Under the pieces are notes generated by a model. The model was not told the origin of the DNA and made no database searches. It was given only the letters and a program-made list of their open reading frames with translations. A stretch of 64,000 nt of DNA from Synechococcus sp. (GTDB lineage: Bacteria; Cyanobacteriota; Cyanobacteriia; PCC-6307; Cyanobiaceae), in NCBI GenBank assembly GCA_047285305.1, contig JBJBDL010000003.1:800001-864000 (forward strand), written 5' to 3'. A program made the translations under genes and the position numbers. This document shows positions 26,690 through 38,767 of this stretch, one piece after another (positions within the stretch are counted from its first letter, which is position 1; every line of letters starts with the position of its first letter).

Positions 26690-27963
26690 TCGATCACCAC
26701 CTGCTGCACCAACTGAGGCAATTCAGTGGCGAACGCGGCGAGGTTGCGATTGCAGAGGCCACCCACGCTGAGGGTTCCATCGGCTGCGATGGCCCACAGC
26801 TGCCGGGTGGCCACGAGGCTCAACCCACCGCCCACCAGCAGCACTGCGAAGCCCAGGTACACCAGCGGTACTCCAGGATCCCGTTTGAGCAGCAGTCCGC
26901 TGGCCGGCAGCACCGCATCCACTCGCATCGGCAAGCCCTTCACCTCAGCGGCGGGACCACCTGGTCGCAGTCGGGCGAGCTGCTGGCCGTCGGCATCGAA
27001 CACTGTGGCGGGTCCCTGTTCGCTCTCCAGGCTCAGAAACACCGGTTCGGTTCCATCGGGGCGTGTCGGCAGCACCAGGCCCCAGATTTGATCGCCCAGC
27101 TCCGGATAGGTCTGTAGCGGCAGCTCCAGCACGGGGCTGCGCCCGATCTGCAAGCTGATCGTCGCCAGTGACCAATCGGCCTGATAGATGGTGATGCCCC
27201 TGTGCCGAAGTGGGTGATTGACGCTGATCTCGGCATCCAAGCTTTGGTTGGGTCCCTGCAGCTGCAGAGCGGAGCGAAATTGTTCCGTGCGGCCCGCCGG
27301 GTCCCTATCAATGGCGAACCGGTTCAGGGTGATCGTCAGCTGACTGGTGCCATCGCGATCCAGCAGATCGAGGCTGCGGCCGGGGGCCAGGAAACGCTCC
27401 AAGCGGTTCCCCGACAGCGCCCCCCAGGCTGCGCCAAGCATCAGCAGCACCAGGCCCGTGTGCACCAATAGGGGCCCCACCCTGCCGATGGCGCCACGTC
27501 GGGCCGCCAGCCGTTGTGGCTTGCGTTGCACTTCCCATCCGCCGGCCCGCAGCACCGTCTCCAGCTGCGTCAGAGCACGGCTGGGGTCAGCGCAGGGCTG
27601 GCTTTCGGCGATGGCCAATTTGCTCAGCTGGCGTGTGGTGCGGTAGTCGATCCAGCGCCGGGCCGCCATCAGTGCTGGCCACTGACGGCGCCAGCTGCAG
27701 AGGATCAGGGCGAGACCAAGCCAGGCCAGCAGGGCCAGAAACCAGCCGCTGGAATACACATGATCGAGCTGCAACTGCAGCACCTGTTCGCCGTTAAGCA
27801 GCCCCAGCCAGGGGGTGTCGGCATAGGCATCGATGTAGCTGGAGGGTGGATCCCCCTGGGGGATGCCGGTGCCCACGGCACTTGCCAGGGCAATCAGCAG
27901 CAGCAGCACTATGGCCAGCCGCAGATCGCTGAGCCAGGTGGCCAGGCGTTTGAGTAGTGCCAT
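26677..27963 (-). CDS. ccs1: Cytochrome c biogenesis protein Ccs1/CcsB (ResB family)
   Basis: [48 protein letters not shown]. Confidence 0.93.
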   Translation of the reverse strand: MALLKRLATWLSDLRLAIVLLLLIALASAVGTGIPQGDPPSSYIDAYADTPWLGLLNGEQVLQLQLDHVYSSGWFLALLAWLGLALILCSWRRQWPALMAARRWIDYRTTRQLSKLAIAESQPCADPSRALTQLETVLRAGGWEVQRKPQRLAARRGAIGRVGPLLVHTGLVLLMLGAAWGALSGNRLERFLAPGRSLDLLDRDGTSQLTITLNRFAIDRDPAGRTEQFRSALQLQGPNQSLDAEISVNHPLRHRGITIYQADWSLATISLQIGRSPVLELPLQTYPELGDQIWGLVLPTRPDGTEPVFLSLESEQGPATVFDADGQQLARLRPGGPAAEVKGLPMRVDAVLPASGLLLKRDPGVPLVYLGFAVLLVGGGLSLVATRQLWAIAADGTLSVGGLCNRNLAAFATELPQLVQQVVIDQQG

Positions 27964-27968
27964 TTCCA

Positions 27969-28685
27969 TCAGCTCCAGCGGGCCAGCAGGGTGAGCAGAC
28001 CGCTGGTGAGCAGCACCACTCCACTGGCTGGCGGCACCCAGCGGCTGATGCCCCGCAGGGCGAGCAGTTTGGGAATGGCTGCTGCAAAGGTGCCCGCCAG
28101 CAGCAGGGGCAGCACCTGGCCGATGCCGAAGCTGCTGAGCAGGGCCACCCCTGCCAGGGGACGTCCGCTCTGGGCAATCCAGCCCAGCAGCACCGCCAAC
28201 ACGGGGGTGGTGCAGGGTGAGGCCGCCAGCCCGAAGGCCAGTCCGGCTGCAACCGGCGCCAGCGGGGCCGGCACCTTCTGTCGCCATTGCTCCGGGTCTG
28301 GACCGCTGGGCAGTGGAATCCGCAGCACTCCCAGCAGGTTGAGCCCCATCGCTACCGCCAGGATCGCCACCAATGTGGGGATCAGTGCCGGCACCTGGCC
28401 GTAGATCCGGCCCAGCAGTCCGCTGATGCTTCCTAGCACCACCAGGGCGCCGACGATGCCGCTGCAGAAGGCGAGGCTGCGCTGCCAGGCCGGTTGGCCA
28501 TCGTCAAAGCCCGCCAGGTAGGCCAGCGTCACCGGCAGCAAGGACAGGGAACACGGCCCAAGACTGGTGAGGGCGCCGCCACCAAACACCAGTACCAGCG
28601 TCAGTGGACCTGGATCGGCCAGGGCGTGCTGCAGCAGCTGTTCGCTGCTCTGGGCCAAATCGGAGAGCAGCAGCAGCAGGTCCAC
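27969..28685 (-). CDS. ccdA: Cytochrome c biogenesis protein CcdA
   Basis: [12 protein letters not shown] and ASPCTTPVL Cys motifs; multiple TM helices. Confidence 0.93.
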   Translation of the reverse strand: MDLLLLLSDLAQSSEQLLQHALADPGPLTLVLVFGGGALTSLGPCSLSLLPVTLAYLAGFDDGQPAWQRSLAFCSGIVGALVVLGSISGLLGRIYGQVPALIPTLVAILAVAMGLNLLGVLRIPLPSGPDPEQWRQKVPAPLAPVAAGLAFGLAASPCTTPVLAVLLGWIAQSGRPLAGVALLSSFGIGQVLPLLLAGTFAAAIPKLLALRGISRWVPPASGVVLLTSGLLTLLARWS

Positions 28686-28739
28686 AGGTGCCCTTGAGTG
28701 TGCAAAGCCTATCCAGGAAAGCCGCTCACCAGACCAGGC

Positions 28740-29978
28740 TCAGCGCTGACGCAACGACCGTTGGCGCCCGTTGGATCGCCCCCCGATCAAGCCAGTGGAT
28801 TCCAGTGAGCAGCGGATCAGCAGGCCCAGGATCACCAGGCTCGACATCAGCGAGTTGCCGCCGTAGCTGATCAAGGGCAGTGGCAGACCGGTGGTGGGCA
28901 TCGCCCCAGAAGCCACTGCGATATTCAGGATCGACTGTCCCACCAGGATCGTGGTGCAGCCGATGGCCACGAGCCTGGCTTGGTTACTTCGGCAGCGCAG
29001 GGCCACCCGCAGCCCCATCCAGGCCACCAGCATCAGGAACAGCAACAGCAGCACTGAACCCACGAATCCAAATTCCTCGGCGAACACCGCGTAGATGAAG
29101 TCGGTGCTCTGGATGGGCAGGTATTGGAGCTTCTGGGTGGAGAGGCCATAGCCCTGCCCCATCCAACCGCCCGATCCGATCGCCAGCAGGCTCTGCACAA
29201 GCTGATAGCCATCTCCCATCGGATCGTTCCAGGGATCAATGAAGGAAACAACCCTGAGCCATTGGTATTCGTTTTTCGAAATGCTCCAGCTGGCGAGAGC
29301 GATGCCGCCCAATGCTGTCCCAAGCAGACTTCGCCAGCGCAGCCCAGCCGCCAGGGCCACCATCCAGAGGGTAAGTCCCATCAGGGCCGCTGTGGAGAGG
29401 TTGGGTTGCTTGAGGATCAGCAGCAGCATCCCGCCGAAGCTCCCCAGCCAGAGAAGCTTCTGGTCGAGGCTCATGCGGCTCCAGGGGGCGAACAGGTTGG
29501 CGGCCTGCAGCACCACGAAGGGTTTCACCAGCTCCGAGGGCTGCATCTGCAGCGGGCCCAGCACCAGCCAGCGGCTGGCACCGTTCACCGTTGTGCCCAT
29601 CACAAGGGTGGCGGCGATCAGCAGGCAGCCCATCCACAGCCCTGGGCCTGACCAGCGCAGCCATCGCCGCAGGTTGGTGGAGATCGTGATGCCCAGCAAG
29701 CTCCAGCTGGCCAAGAGCCAGATCGCCTGCCGTTTCAGATAGAAACCGCCATCGCCCATTTCCCGTAGGGCCACCCACCAACTGGCGGACGCCAATACCA
29801 CCAGCCCTGCCACACTCCAGAATCCCGCCAGCCCCATCAGCAGTCGAGCTTCTGCCGGCCAGAGCTGCCACGGCAAGGGCAGCAGCCGCTGAACCAGAGC
29901 CGACTTTTGAGTCTCTTGCTTACCCCGTCGTCTCGAAGCTCGTTGGAGGGCTGTCGCGTGACCCAAGCGTTTGCTCAA
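28740..29978 (-). CDS. ftsW: SEDS family peptidoglycan polymerase FtsW/RodA
   Basis: NGASRWL, QPSELVK, QPNLST, TDFIYAVFAEEFG, LPLISYGG. Confidence 0.92.
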   Translation of the reverse strand: MSKRLGHATALQRASRRRGKQETQKSALVQRLLPLPWQLWPAEARLLMGLAGFWSVAGLVVLASASWWVALREMGDGGFYLKRQAIWLLASWSLLGITISTNLRRWLRWSGPGLWMGCLLIAATLVMGTTVNGASRWLVLGPLQMQPSELVKPFVVLQAANLFAPWSRMSLDQKLLWLGSFGGMLLLILKQPNLSTAALMGLTLWMVALAAGLRWRSLLGTALGGIALASWSISKNEYQWLRVVSFIDPWNDPMGDGYQLVQSLLAIGSGGWMGQGYGLSTQKLQYLPIQSTDFIYAVFAEEFGFVGSVLLLLFLMLVAWMGLRVALRCRSNQARLVAIGCTTILVGQSILNIAVASGAMPTTGLPLPLISYGGNSLMSSLVILGLLIRCSLESTGLIGGRSNGRQRSLRQR

Positions 29979-30087
29979 ACAGCATCAATGCTCCATTGAG
30001 CCGTGAAATGGTTGCTTTGCCAAGGCACTGATTGAACAGAATTATTGGCTGGGAGTCTTTGCGGGACTTGGTGAGCAGCGGTTTCGC

Positions 30088-30288
30088 TTATGCAACGTTC
30101 AACCGCTCATGCTCGACTTCCCATTGCACGTGGGATCCCCAGGATTGCTGGCGCACCCAGCAGCGTCCGCCGCGGCAGTGAAGCACCTGGAAGGGCGGCA
30201 GATCGCAGGGCTGGTTGTCGAGCCGCACAAAGCTGCCCGGCTGCAACAGCGGCACCACCTTTGCGGGTTGGGGGTGGTGGTTGGACAC
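30088..30288 (-). CDS. Hypothetical protein
   Basis: 66-aa SH3-like ORF filling the ftsW-tlyA gap. Confidence 0.6.
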   Translation of the reverse strand: MSNHHPQPAKVVPLLQPGSFVRLDNQPCDLPPFQVLHCRGGRCWVRQQSWGSHVQWEVEHERLNVA

Positions 30289-30384
30289 GTCCCTCGACGC
30301 GAATTGAGGAAATCCTCCAGGCAGAAGACGTTCCAGCCGCTGGATCGCCGGTTTTCTTCGGGATCGGTCTGCTTTTATGTCGCA

Positions 30385-31191
30385 ATGGCGTCCAAACAGC
30401 GTCTTGATCTGGAACTCCTGACCCGTGGATTGGTCAGTTCACGCCAACAGGCGCAGCAATTGATTCGTGCTGGAAAGGTGCGGGATGGCTCCGGAACCCT
30501 GTTGGACAAGCCCGGAACGGAGGTGACGCCGGAGCGAGAACTGCGGGTGGAGCAGCCCCCCCGCTTTGTCTCTCGAGGGGGCGAAAAACTTCTGGCGGGC
30601 TTGAAAGCTTTCCCTGTGCCGGTGGAGGGGCGCGTCTGCCTGGACGGCGGCATCTCCACCGGCGGCTTCACCGATTGCCTGTTGCAGCACGGTGCTACTC
30701 GTGTTTATGGCGTTGATGTGGGTTACGGCCAGACGGCCTGGAGCTTGCGAACCGACGAACGGGTGGTGCTGCGGGAACGCACCAACCTGCGCCATCTGCA
30801 GCCCGACGATCTCTATGGGGCTGACGATCCCTGGCCCAGTTTGGCGGTCACCGATGTGTCGTTCATTTCACTGCGGCTGATTCTTCCGGCGTTGCGCCGG
30901 TTGTTGCGGGGTCCCGACACCGACGCGCTGGTGCTGGTGAAGCCGCAGTTTGAGGTGGGCAAGAGCCGCGTCGGAAAGGGCGGCGTGGTGCGTGACCCCG
31001 CGGCCCACCGGGATGCCATTGAATCCGTGATTGCAGCGGCAGCAGAATTGGGTTGGCAGCCCCAGGGCTTCGTGGCTTCGCCGATCACTGGACCGGCCGG
31101 GAACCACGAGTACGTGCTTTGGTTGGGGGAGGGAGATGCCGCGGTTCTTCCGGATCTCGATGCTTTGGTGGCGCAGACCCTCAACGGTTGA
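30385..31191 (+). CDS. tlyA: TlyA family rRNA methyltransferase (S4 + FtsJ)
   Basis: KQRLD, FVSRGGEKL, GISTGGFTDCLLQ, DVSFISL, LVKPQFE. Confidence 0.95.
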   Translation: MASKQRLDLELLTRGLVSSRQQAQQLIRAGKVRDGSGTLLDKPGTEVTPERELRVEQPPRFVSRGGEKLLAGLKAFPVPVEGRVCLDGGISTGGFTDCLLQHGATRVYGVDVGYGQTAWSLRTDERVVLRERTNLRHLQPDDLYGADDPWPSLAVTDVSFISLRLILPALRRLLRGPDTDALVLVKPQFEVGKSRVGKGGVVRDPAAHRDAIESVIAAAAELGWQPQGFVASPITGPAGNHEYVLWLGEGDAAVLPDLDALVAQTLNG

Positions 31192-31199
31192 TGGCCAAT

Positions 31200-31225
31200 A
31201 AAAAAGCCCGGAGTTGAACCGGGCT
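31200..31225 (-). terminator. Terminator of apcABC (also faces tlyA)
   Basis: aaaaa-agcccgg...ccgggct. Confidence 0.7.
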
Positions 31226-31248
31226 CGGAATTTGCTTTTGAGCGGAGT

Positions 31249-31449
31249 TCAGTTGCCGACGTTGACCTGCTGACCCCCGGTGCAGAGCTCCACCTTGATG
31301 ATGCGGCCACCCTGTTTTTGGATGCGCTGCTGTTCAGCAAACCAGCTGTCGTAGGGGACCCACTTGGTGAAGAAGGTGTTCTGCAATTCGCGCTGCGTCC
31401 GAACCTTTTCAGGGCTGGGGATGCAGGCGGTGACTTTGAACAACCGCAT
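31249..31449 (-). CDS. apcC: Phycobilisome core linker LC7.8
   Basis: RTQRELQNTFFTK.VPY..WF.EQQRIQK.GG. Confidence 0.97.
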   Translation of the reverse strand: MRLFKVTACIPSPEKVRTQRELQNTFFTKWVPYDSWFAEQQRIQKQGGRIIKVELCTGGQQVNVGN

Positions 31450-31454
31450 GGTGC

Positions 31455-31943
31455 TCAGTTGCCGAGACCGGAGCAGATGTAGTCGAAGTAGACACCCATT
31501 TCCTTGCCTGCATCAGGACCGACCAGTCCGGCGGTGACTTCCTTCATGGCCTGGATGGCCTGAACTGTGGCGCCGATGGGCACACCGAGGGAGTTGTAGG
31601 TCTCCTTGAGGCCGTTCAGAACACGCTCGTCAAGGATTGAGGTGTCCCCAGCCAGCATGGCGTAGGTGGAATAACGCAGGTAGTAATCCAGGTCGCGGAT
31701 GCAGGCTGCGTAGCGGCGGGTGGTGTACATGTTGCCGCCGGGACGGGTGATGTCCGAGTACAGCAGGGCCTTGGCTACGGCATCGCGGATGATGGCCGAA
31801 GCATTGGCGCTGATGGTGGCGGCAGCGCGCACTCGCAGTTCACCGCTGGCGAAATACGACTCGAGGCTGCCCATCGAAGCAGTGTCCAGGTAGAGGCCCT
31901 GGACGTCCGACTTGTTGATGACGTTGGTGATGGCGTCTTGCAT
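31455..31943 (-). CDS. apcB: Allophycocyanin beta
   Basis: [22 protein letters not shown]. Confidence 0.99.
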   Translation of the reverse strand: MQDAITNVINKSDVQGLYLDTASMGSLESYFASGELRVRAAATISANASAIIRDAVAKALLYSDITRPGGNMYTTRRYAACIRDLDYYLRYSTYAMLAGDTSILDERVLNGLKETYNSLGVPIGATVQAIQAMKEVTAGLVGPDAGKEMGVYFDYICSGLGN

Positions 31944-31982
31944 GGATCCGTGAGGAGGCGAGGGAGAAAATCAGCGTGAGGT

Positions 31983-32468
31983 TCAGGCGAGGGCGCCAAC
32001 CACGTAGTCGAAGTAGGTGCCGGCTTCCTCTGCGTCGGCTCCGGTGAGGAGGCCCATGGCGACGATCTTCATCTCGCGCACGGATTCAGCCAATGCTTCC
32101 AGGGGTGTTCCAAGGGAGCGGTAGAGCTCTTTCGCGCCAATCACACCAATCTCTTCGATCGGAGTGACGTCACCGGCAACGATGCCGTAGGTGACGAGGC
32201 GGAGGTAGTAATCCATGTCGCGCAGACATGTGGCAGTCATCTCTTCGCCGTAGGCATTGCCGCCGGGGGAGATGACGTCGGGACGCTTCTGGAACAGCTG
32301 ACCACCAGCCTGCTTGACGATGCGCTCGCGGCTCTCGCACAGGACCTGGGCCACGCGCAGACGGCGTTGCCCGCCGGTGACGAAGGCTTTGATCTGGTCG
32401 AGTTCGCCAGGGCTGAGGTAGCGGGCTTCGGCGTCCGCGTTGATGATCGAGTTGGAGACGATGCTCAT
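31983..32468 (-). CDS. apcA: Allophycocyanin alpha
   Basis: MSIV...[21 protein letters not shown]. Confidence 0.99.
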   Translation of the reverse strand: MSIVSNSIINADAEARYLSPGELDQIKAFVTGGQRRLRVAQVLCESRERIVKQAGGQLFQKRPDVISPGGNAYGEEMTATCLRDMDYYLRLVTYGIVAGDVTPIEEIGVIGAKELYRSLGTPLEALAESVREMKIVAMGLLTGADAEEAGTYFDYVVGALA

Positions 32469-32877
32469 GCAGTTCTGCCTCGAAACAAGCGGCCGCCCGT
32501 AGGAGACCGGTATCCGGTGAATAAGGGGTGATCCCGAGGGATCGCGTCCCAGACTAAAGGCTGGGACAGGGGGTCGAAGCGTTGGGAGTGAGACTTGTTC
32601 ACATCGGTCAACACTGGCCGGGGTGAGCTCGCTCCCTTGGATTCGGCTGATGCATTCTGCGCTGGCGATGGCCAGGGAAATTTGGCCAGGTAACAGTTCT
32701 TCACGGCGCGTCTGTTCTGCGGAGAAGCCTTGGCATTACTGCGATCTGCGAGATCGCCCCTGATGTGGTCTCGACGCACAAAAATGATCCCGATGAAGCC
32801 ATAGTTCACCGGGATCGGATCACAAAAATTGCCGTGATTTGTGGAGACTGTTTGTCAGCGAAATGGAGACCTGAAGA

Positions 32878-35829
32878 TCAGATCGCCTCGCCCGTGGGGG
32901 GATTCAGGCCGGCATTGCCGCGGTAGAGCGAGGCCGTTCGCTGGATGGTGGCTTGGTTGACCCCTGATGCGGTCGCCATGCCGTCGATGCGGGGCACCGT
33001 CGTGCTGATCCGTTCCGCCAACAGTTCAGTCACGGCAGCGCCATGACCCGCTTGAGCGCGGGTGATCAGGAAGCGGCTGGTTTCCGCTGGGGTTGTGGCC
33101 CTTCCCAGCAGAGCCAAACCTGCCGCGGACGCGGCCCGAAGGGGTGCCATCGTGGCGATTCGGTTCTGGAACGCTTCGCTCATTGCTACTTCAGCAATGA
33201 ACTCGTTCAGGTCAATGTCCTGATTGCGAAGCCGTGATTCCGCGCTGATCAGACGCTCATTCCCTGTGGGTACACGGTTAAGCAGCTGCTTGTAAGTTGC
33301 ATTCACAGCAGTCTGGAGCTCATCTTCACTGCACGGCTGTTTCAGTTCCAGCGTCGCGGTAAGTCCACCCCGGAAGCGGAATCCCTCAGCGCCTTCTGTG
33401 GCAAGAGCCGTCCCCATGCGTGGGAGTGCTTGCCCGCTCCGCGCATTGGAAGAAATCAGCTCAACGCTCCATGACCGGCCACCAATGCTTGTTGGCGTTG
33501 AGTTGCTGGCTCGCCGCATTGGGAAGCCAGTCCTGTTGGACGCAAGACGTTGCTGACGCACTACCGACAGCCAACTTGGCGCAGCGGCGTTTCCGCTTGT
33601 CGTTGTCGTGAAATCTTGGGTGGCTGTCTTTTGGGTGTCAGGCAGGTTTCGTGGCGTTACATCGCCACTACTGCGGAATGCTTCGGACAGCTGTGCTTCG
33701 GGACGGCTACTGAGGGTGAGGTCAGCGGCAGCCTCAAGATTTAGAGCACGTGACCAGCCTGGAGTGCGGCGTGCAGTCACATCACCGGGTGTGATGAAAC
33801 GTTCGTAGGGGACTGTGTCGGCCCCAAAAGCTTCGCTGTAGTCCTTGCTGTCGATCAGAGAGTCGACCACCCCATAGAAGCCGTGGCGGGCAGCGGTGTC
33901 GAACAGGGCATCGATTTCCCAGCGGCCGAAGGTGGGGCGTCCCAGCAGACGGCGGTGCATGACTTCGATCGCTTTAACGATGTAAAGACCGCTCCAGTAG
34001 CGACGACGGAAAGCATCGGATTTAGCGACTGCCCGAACAAAATCTTTGAGTGAGATGTCTCCGTTTTCGAGGCGAGCTTCATCAGAGCTCATCCGTTCTC
34101 CCGCATAGCCGCCGTTGCCGAGCACTTGCACGTAAACAGCCTTGATTACGGCTTGGGTGCTGGCCTCAGTCGTACGGACGCTGGGCTGACCACCTCGCCC
34201 TGGATTCACAGTGCCACCCGTGGCGATCTGCTGAAGTCGCATGACACGTGGACCACCCTTGCGGGGGCGGCTGTTGCGGAAGCTGGCGCTGTCCAGTTGC
34301 CCGGGGCTATTTAGACCGTTGCTCACCAGCAGCCGGCGGCTGTCGTAGCTGTAGGGCGCCGGCCGGGTGGCCACCGAGGCGGTTCCGCTCGGGAAGATGG
34401 CGCCGTACTTGTTGGCTACCGGATCATTGCCACCGCCGTAGACATGCTGGTCGGCAAAGGGCTGGCGGTAGGAGGCGTAGAGGGTGACGTACTGCGGTGC
34501 GCCATCGAATGGGGCGCTGAAGTTGAATAGCTTGCGGTTGGAGCCCCAGCCGGCACTTTCCTGAGCTTCCGTTCCGAGATCCCGGAGGTAGGGAACGGTT
34601 TCCTCTCCGAAGGCCTGGGCGTATTCCGAGGAATTCACGAGCACATCCACCAGACCGTTGAGGCCTTGGTCGCTGAGGATCGAGAATGACTTGCGGAATT
34701 CCTCGAGGGAGCTGATGCCCCGGCCGAGGAAGTGGCGGTAAGCCAGTTCCACCACGCGGCTGTTGACGAAACCGTCGTGGAACTGCTGGCGATATTCCTT
34801 GCTGCGGCCAAGGGCGCGAACGAATTCGCGCATTGAGATCTGCCCTTGGGAAACGGCGCTGGCTTTGTCTGCACAGGGGGTCTGGGAGTAGCCCTTGGCG
34901 ATGTCGCGCTCAAACACCTGGCGGTAGGCGGCACGGATGATTTCTGCCTTCTCGGCACCCGACAGACCCGGCCGCATTTCAAACAGCTGGCGTCCCTCGG
35001 AGGCCAGGGCGTAGATCGCCGGCAGCTGCAGGCCCTGTTGCACCGCACTCCCCTGGCGTTGCTTGGTGCTGGGAGTGGGGATGGCCAGCTCCTGCAACAG
35101 CACGTTGAAGCAGTCGATGGTCATCTGACGGGCTTCAGGACGATCCCGCAGCAGCTCCGCTGAAGCGGCACGCATTTCCTGAAGGGCCACATTGGTGGCG
35201 GCCAGGGAGCAGTTCTCGAGAAGGATGTCCCGCAGCCCGCGGGTGTTCACCGCAAGGATGCTGGGGTCTCCGGCTACCAGTGCGTAGCCCACGTAGCGCA
35301 GGAACCAACCCATGTCGCGCACCGACTTGCGCATGAAGGCCGGGCCGTATTTGGCCACGCTGATGGCGTTGAAGCCTGTGGGAAGCACCACACGAATATC
35401 AGCATCCCCACCGGCCCCTTCGAGAAGACGGGTCAGGAAGTTGCCCCGCTTGGTGCTGTTGCTGTCGCCGGTGAAGGTGCGCACCGACTGCTCAAACGCT
35501 GCTTGGTCAGCTGCCAACGGAGTGCCTACCTGACCCGTTGAACGTCCGGTTTCACCCGTTGTTAGGGGCGCTTCAAGAAAGGAGAGGGGCGTACCTCCCA
35601 CAAAAATTCTGTTGGCGGCGCGGGCCACGATGGCCTCGGCGTTGGCCGCAATGATCCGGGACGCTTCGATCCGGTCCTGACCGGTTCGGAAGAAGGTCAC
35701 AAGACTGTCCAGTTCCCCGTTGTCAGGGAAACGGTCCTGCTGCTCTGCCTGACGGACGCTGGAGAGCGGCAGCGTGTCAAACAGTTGGGGAGACACGCGC
35801 GGGCTGCCGCTGCTGGCGGTCACTGTCAT
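32878..35829 (-). CDS. apcE: Phycobilisome core-membrane linker
   Basis: MTVTASSGS start, phycobiliprotein domain with LENCS, repeated linker domains. Confidence 0.97.
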   Translation of the reverse strand: MTVTASSGSPRVSPQLFDTLPLSSVRQAEQQDRFPDNGELDSLVTFFRTGQDRIEASRIIAANAEAIVARAANRIFVGGTPLSFLEAPLTTGETGRSTGQVGTPLAADQAAFEQSVRTFTGDSNSTKRGNFLTRLLEGAGGDADIRVVLPTGFNAISVAKYGPAFMRKSVRDMGWFLRYVGYALVAGDPSILAVNTRGLRDILLENCSLAATNVALQEMRAASAELLRDRPEARQMTIDCFNVLLQELAIPTPSTKQRQGSAVQQGLQLPAIYALASEGRQLFEMRPGLSGAEKAEIIRAAYRQVFERDIAKGYSQTPCADKASAVSQGQISMREFVRALGRSKEYRQQFHDGFVNSRVVELAYRHFLGRGISSLEEFRKSFSILSDQGLNGLVDVLVNSSEYAQAFGEETVPYLRDLGTEAQESAGWGSNRKLFNFSAPFDGAPQYVTLYASYRQPFADQHVYGGGNDPVANKYGAIFPSGTASVATRPAPYSYDSRRLLVSNGLNSPGQLDSASFRNSRPRKGGPRVMRLQQIATGGTVNPGRGGQPSVRTTEASTQAVIKAVYVQVLGNGGYAGERMSSDEARLENGDISLKDFVRAVAKSDAFRRRYWSGLYIVKAIEVMHRRLLGRPTFGRWEIDALFDTAARHGFYGVVDSLIDSKDYSEAFGADTVPYERFITPGDVTARRTPGWSRALNLEAAADLTLSSRPEAQLSEAFRSSGDVTPRNLPDTQKTATQDFTTTTSGNAAAPSWLSVVRQQRLASNRTGFPMRRASNSTPTSIGGRSWSVELISSNARSGQALPRMGTALATEGAEGFRFRGGLTATLELKQPCSEDELQTAVNATYKQLLNRVPTGNERLISAESRLRNQDIDLNEFIAEVAMSEAFQNRIATMAPLRAASAAGLALLGRATTPAETSRFLITRAQAGHGAAVTELLAERISTTVPRIDGMATASGVNQATIQRTASLYRGNAGLNPPTGEAI

Positions 35830-35974
35830 CGACGAAAGCAAGCCGGATCGCGCCACGTTACGGCTGCTGGGATGGCCCTCCGTGGCCCCATGAACAAATG
35901 TTTGCAGGCCTTGCGGTGCTGCAGGGGATCCACGGGTCTGACGTGAAAAGCTCGCAGGCGTGAAATAGCGCTGC

Positions 35975-37144
35975 ATGACTCACCCCAAGCCCAGTGATGC
36001 TGCGACTCCCGTGGTGAGTGCGTTTTATGACCGCTTCCCCTTCCCGGGAGATCCACTGCAGGACGGACCGCCACCTGGATACAACTGGCGTTGGTGTCAC
36101 CGCAGCGTTCTGGCTGCCGTACACGGATCGATCCCTGCAGGGATGGATGCGCCGCGGATCCTCGATGCCGGCTGTGGCACCGGGGTTAGCACCGATTACC
36201 TCTGCCATCTCAATCCTGGTGCTGACGTGCTCGGGGTGGATATCAGTGATGGGGCGCTGGCTGTGGCGCGGGAACGCTGTCAGCGCTCCGGGGCGGCCGA
36301 GCAAGTGACCTCCCTGCGTCAGGAGCAGCGCAGTCTTCTTGATCTAAGCGACGAAGGGTTTTTCGACTACATCAATTCGGTGGGGGTGTTGCATCACCTG
36401 GATCAGCCGGAAGCGGGGCTGCGCTCCTTGGCCGATCGCCTTGCTGCGTCGGGTCTGCTGCATCTTTTTCTTTACGCCGATGCCGGTCGCTGGGAAATCC
36501 ATCGCACCCAGAAGGCCCTAAGCCTTCTTGATGCCGGCACGGGAGCAGAGGGCCTGCGTCTGGGGCGGGAGCTGTTCGAGACCCTGCCTGAGGGCAACCG
36601 CCTTGCCCGTCATCACCGGGAACGCTGGGCCGTGGACTGCGCACCTGACGCAAATTTCGCGGACATGTACTTGCACCCGCAGGAAACCAGTTACAACCTC
36701 GAGCGTCTCTTCGCGTTCATCGAAACGGCGGGTCTGCATTTCGCCGGCTTCTCCAATCCGGAGGTTTGGGATCCATCCCGCCTTCTGCAGGGAGAACTGC
36801 TGGAGCGAGCCCAGGCCTTGCCACCGCGTCAGCAGTGGGAGCTTGTGGAGCAGCTGGATCCCGACATCAGCCACTTCGAGTTCTTTCTCTCTGCGGCACC
36901 AGTGGAGCGAGCCCGCTGGAGTGATGAGGCCCTTGGCCTGGCCAGGGGTTTGGTTCAGCCCTGCCTCTGGGGAGAACCCGATCCGATTCTTGGTCGCAAC
37001 ATGGAGCCCATTCAGCTCACGGATGCCGACCGCTCCCTGCTGCGGACTGTCGCTGAGCAGCCGGAACAGAGGCTGGGGGCCCTTGCGTCTCCGGATCAGA
37101 TCCGCGATCTTGTGGATCGCCAGCTGCTTCTGTTGCAGGAATAA
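35975..37144 (+). CDS. Class I SAM-dependent methyltransferase
   Basis: ILDAGCGTG, FDYINSVGVLHHL, FADMYLHPQE. Confidence 0.9.
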   Translation: MTHPKPSDAATPVVSAFYDRFPFPGDPLQDGPPPGYNWRWCHRSVLAAVHGSIPAGMDAPRILDAGCGTGVSTDYLCHLNPGADVLGVDISDGALAVARERCQRSGAAEQVTSLRQEQRSLLDLSDEGFFDYINSVGVLHHLDQPEAGLRSLADRLAASGLLHLFLYADAGRWEIHRTQKALSLLDAGTGAEGLRLGRELFETLPEGNRLARHHRERWAVDCAPDANFADMYLHPQETSYNLERLFAFIETAGLHFAGFSNPEVWDPSRLLQGELLERAQALPPRQQWELVEQLDPDISHFEFFLSAAPVERARWSDEALGLARGLVQPCLWGEPDPILGRNMEPIQLTDADRSLLRTVAEQPEQRLGALASPDQIRDLVDRQLLLLQE

Positions 37145-37157
37145 CAGCAGCGAACGC

Positions 37158-37529
37158 GTGATAGATTCCGCGCGCCATTTCAGGCAGCGCTTGGAAGATT
37201 TTTACCGTCTTCAACGTCGCCTGCTGTTGGCCACCGTTCTGGTGTCACTCGTCACGGTTCCGATCGTGGCTCTCACCATGAATCTCTCGGTGGCCGGCAG
37301 TGTTCTTGTGGGCTCCTGCGCCGGACTTCTGTACGTGCGCTTGTTGGCTCGCAGTGTGGCCCGGCTCAGTGACCAGTCCCGTGGACTGGGGCGTTTTCAG
37401 CTCATCGTTCCAACACTGCTTGTGGTTGGTTCGGCCAAGCTGCCTCAGCTCGATCTGCTGCCGGCCTTCCTGGGATTCCTTCTCTACAAGCCCGCCCTGA
37501 TTCTTCAGCACGTCTTCGACGACCGCTGA
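37158..37529 (+). CDS. atp1: ATP synthase protein I (Atp1)
   Basis: Hydrophobic protein ending GFLLYKPA, first gene of the atp operon; start uncertain. Confidence 0.85.
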   Translation: MIDSARHFRQRLEDFYRLQRRLLLATVLVSLVTVPIVALTMNLSVAGSVLVGSCAGLLYVRLLARSVARLSDQSRGLGRFQLIVPTLLVVGSAKLPQLDLLPAFLGFLLYKPALILQHVFDDR

Positions 37530-37553
37530 GTCTGAGCACTTTTCTCTGCACCC

Positions 37554-38279
37554 ATGGCTTTGTTGCCCTTACCACTCCCGTTCGCTGAACTGGAAGTGGG
37601 TCACCACCTGTACTGGCAGATCGGCGATCTGTATCTGCACGGTCAGGTGTTCCTGAGCTCCTGGATCCTGATCGGCATCCTCCTGGCTGTGGTGCTTGTC
37701 GGCACCCGCGGGATGAAGCGTGATCCGATCGGTCTGCAGAACCTGCTCGAATTCCTCTGGAATTTCATCCGCGACATCGCCCGCGACAACATCGGCGAGA
37801 AGTACTACCGCGACTGGCTGCCGTTCATCGGCACCCTGTTCCTGTTCATCTTCGTGAGCAACTGGGGCGGAGCCCTGATCCCCTGGAAGATCTTCGAACT
37901 CCCTGAGGGTGAGCTCGGCGCTCCCACCGCAGACATAAACACCACCGTGGCGATGGCTCTGTTGGTGTCACTGGCGTACTTCTATGCCGGCCTGAGCCGT
38001 AAAGGTCTGCGCTTCTTCGAGCTGTACGTGGAGCCGACCCCGATCATGCTCCCGTTCAAGATCATCGAGGAATTCACCAAGCCTCTTTCCCTCTCCTTCC
38101 GTCTGTTCGGAAACATCCTTGCCGACGAATTGGCTGTGGGCGTGCTGGTGTACCTGGTTCCGCTGATCGTGCCCCTGCCTGTGATGCTTCTAGGTCTGTT
38201 CACCAGTGCCATTCAGGCTCTGATCTTCGCGACCCTGGCGTCCTTCTACATCGGTGAAGGCCTCCACGAGGCCCACTAA
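37554..38279 (+). CDS. atpB: ATP synthase F0 subunit a (atpI in cyanobacterial naming)
   Basis: [22 protein letters not shown]. Confidence 0.98.
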   Translation: MALLPLPLPFAELEVGHHLYWQIGDLYLHGQVFLSSWILIGILLAVVLVGTRGMKRDPIGLQNLLEFLWNFIRDIARDNIGEKYYRDWLPFIGTLFLFIFVSNWGGALIPWKIFELPEGELGAPTADINTTVAMALLVSLAYFYAGLSRKGLRFFELYVEPTPIMLPFKIIEEFTKPLSLSFRLFGNILADELAVGVLVYLVPLIVPLPVMLLGLFTSAIQALIFATLASFYIGEGLHEAH

Positions 38280-38320
38280 AAGCCGACCTCCTCTATCGCC
38301 TGAGAACGGCGATCTGCTAA

Positions 38321-38698
<378 letters not shown>

Positions 38699-38767
38699 TC
38701 AGTGCAGGGGGATCGCAGATCCCCCTCCTGAGCTTCTTGTTTCGATTCCTTCCCAGCGCACCTTTCC

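Noticed and set aside
36528..37157. Long upstream extension of atp1
   Set aside because: Overlaps the methyltransferase in another frame; only the 3' hydrophobic part resembles Atp1
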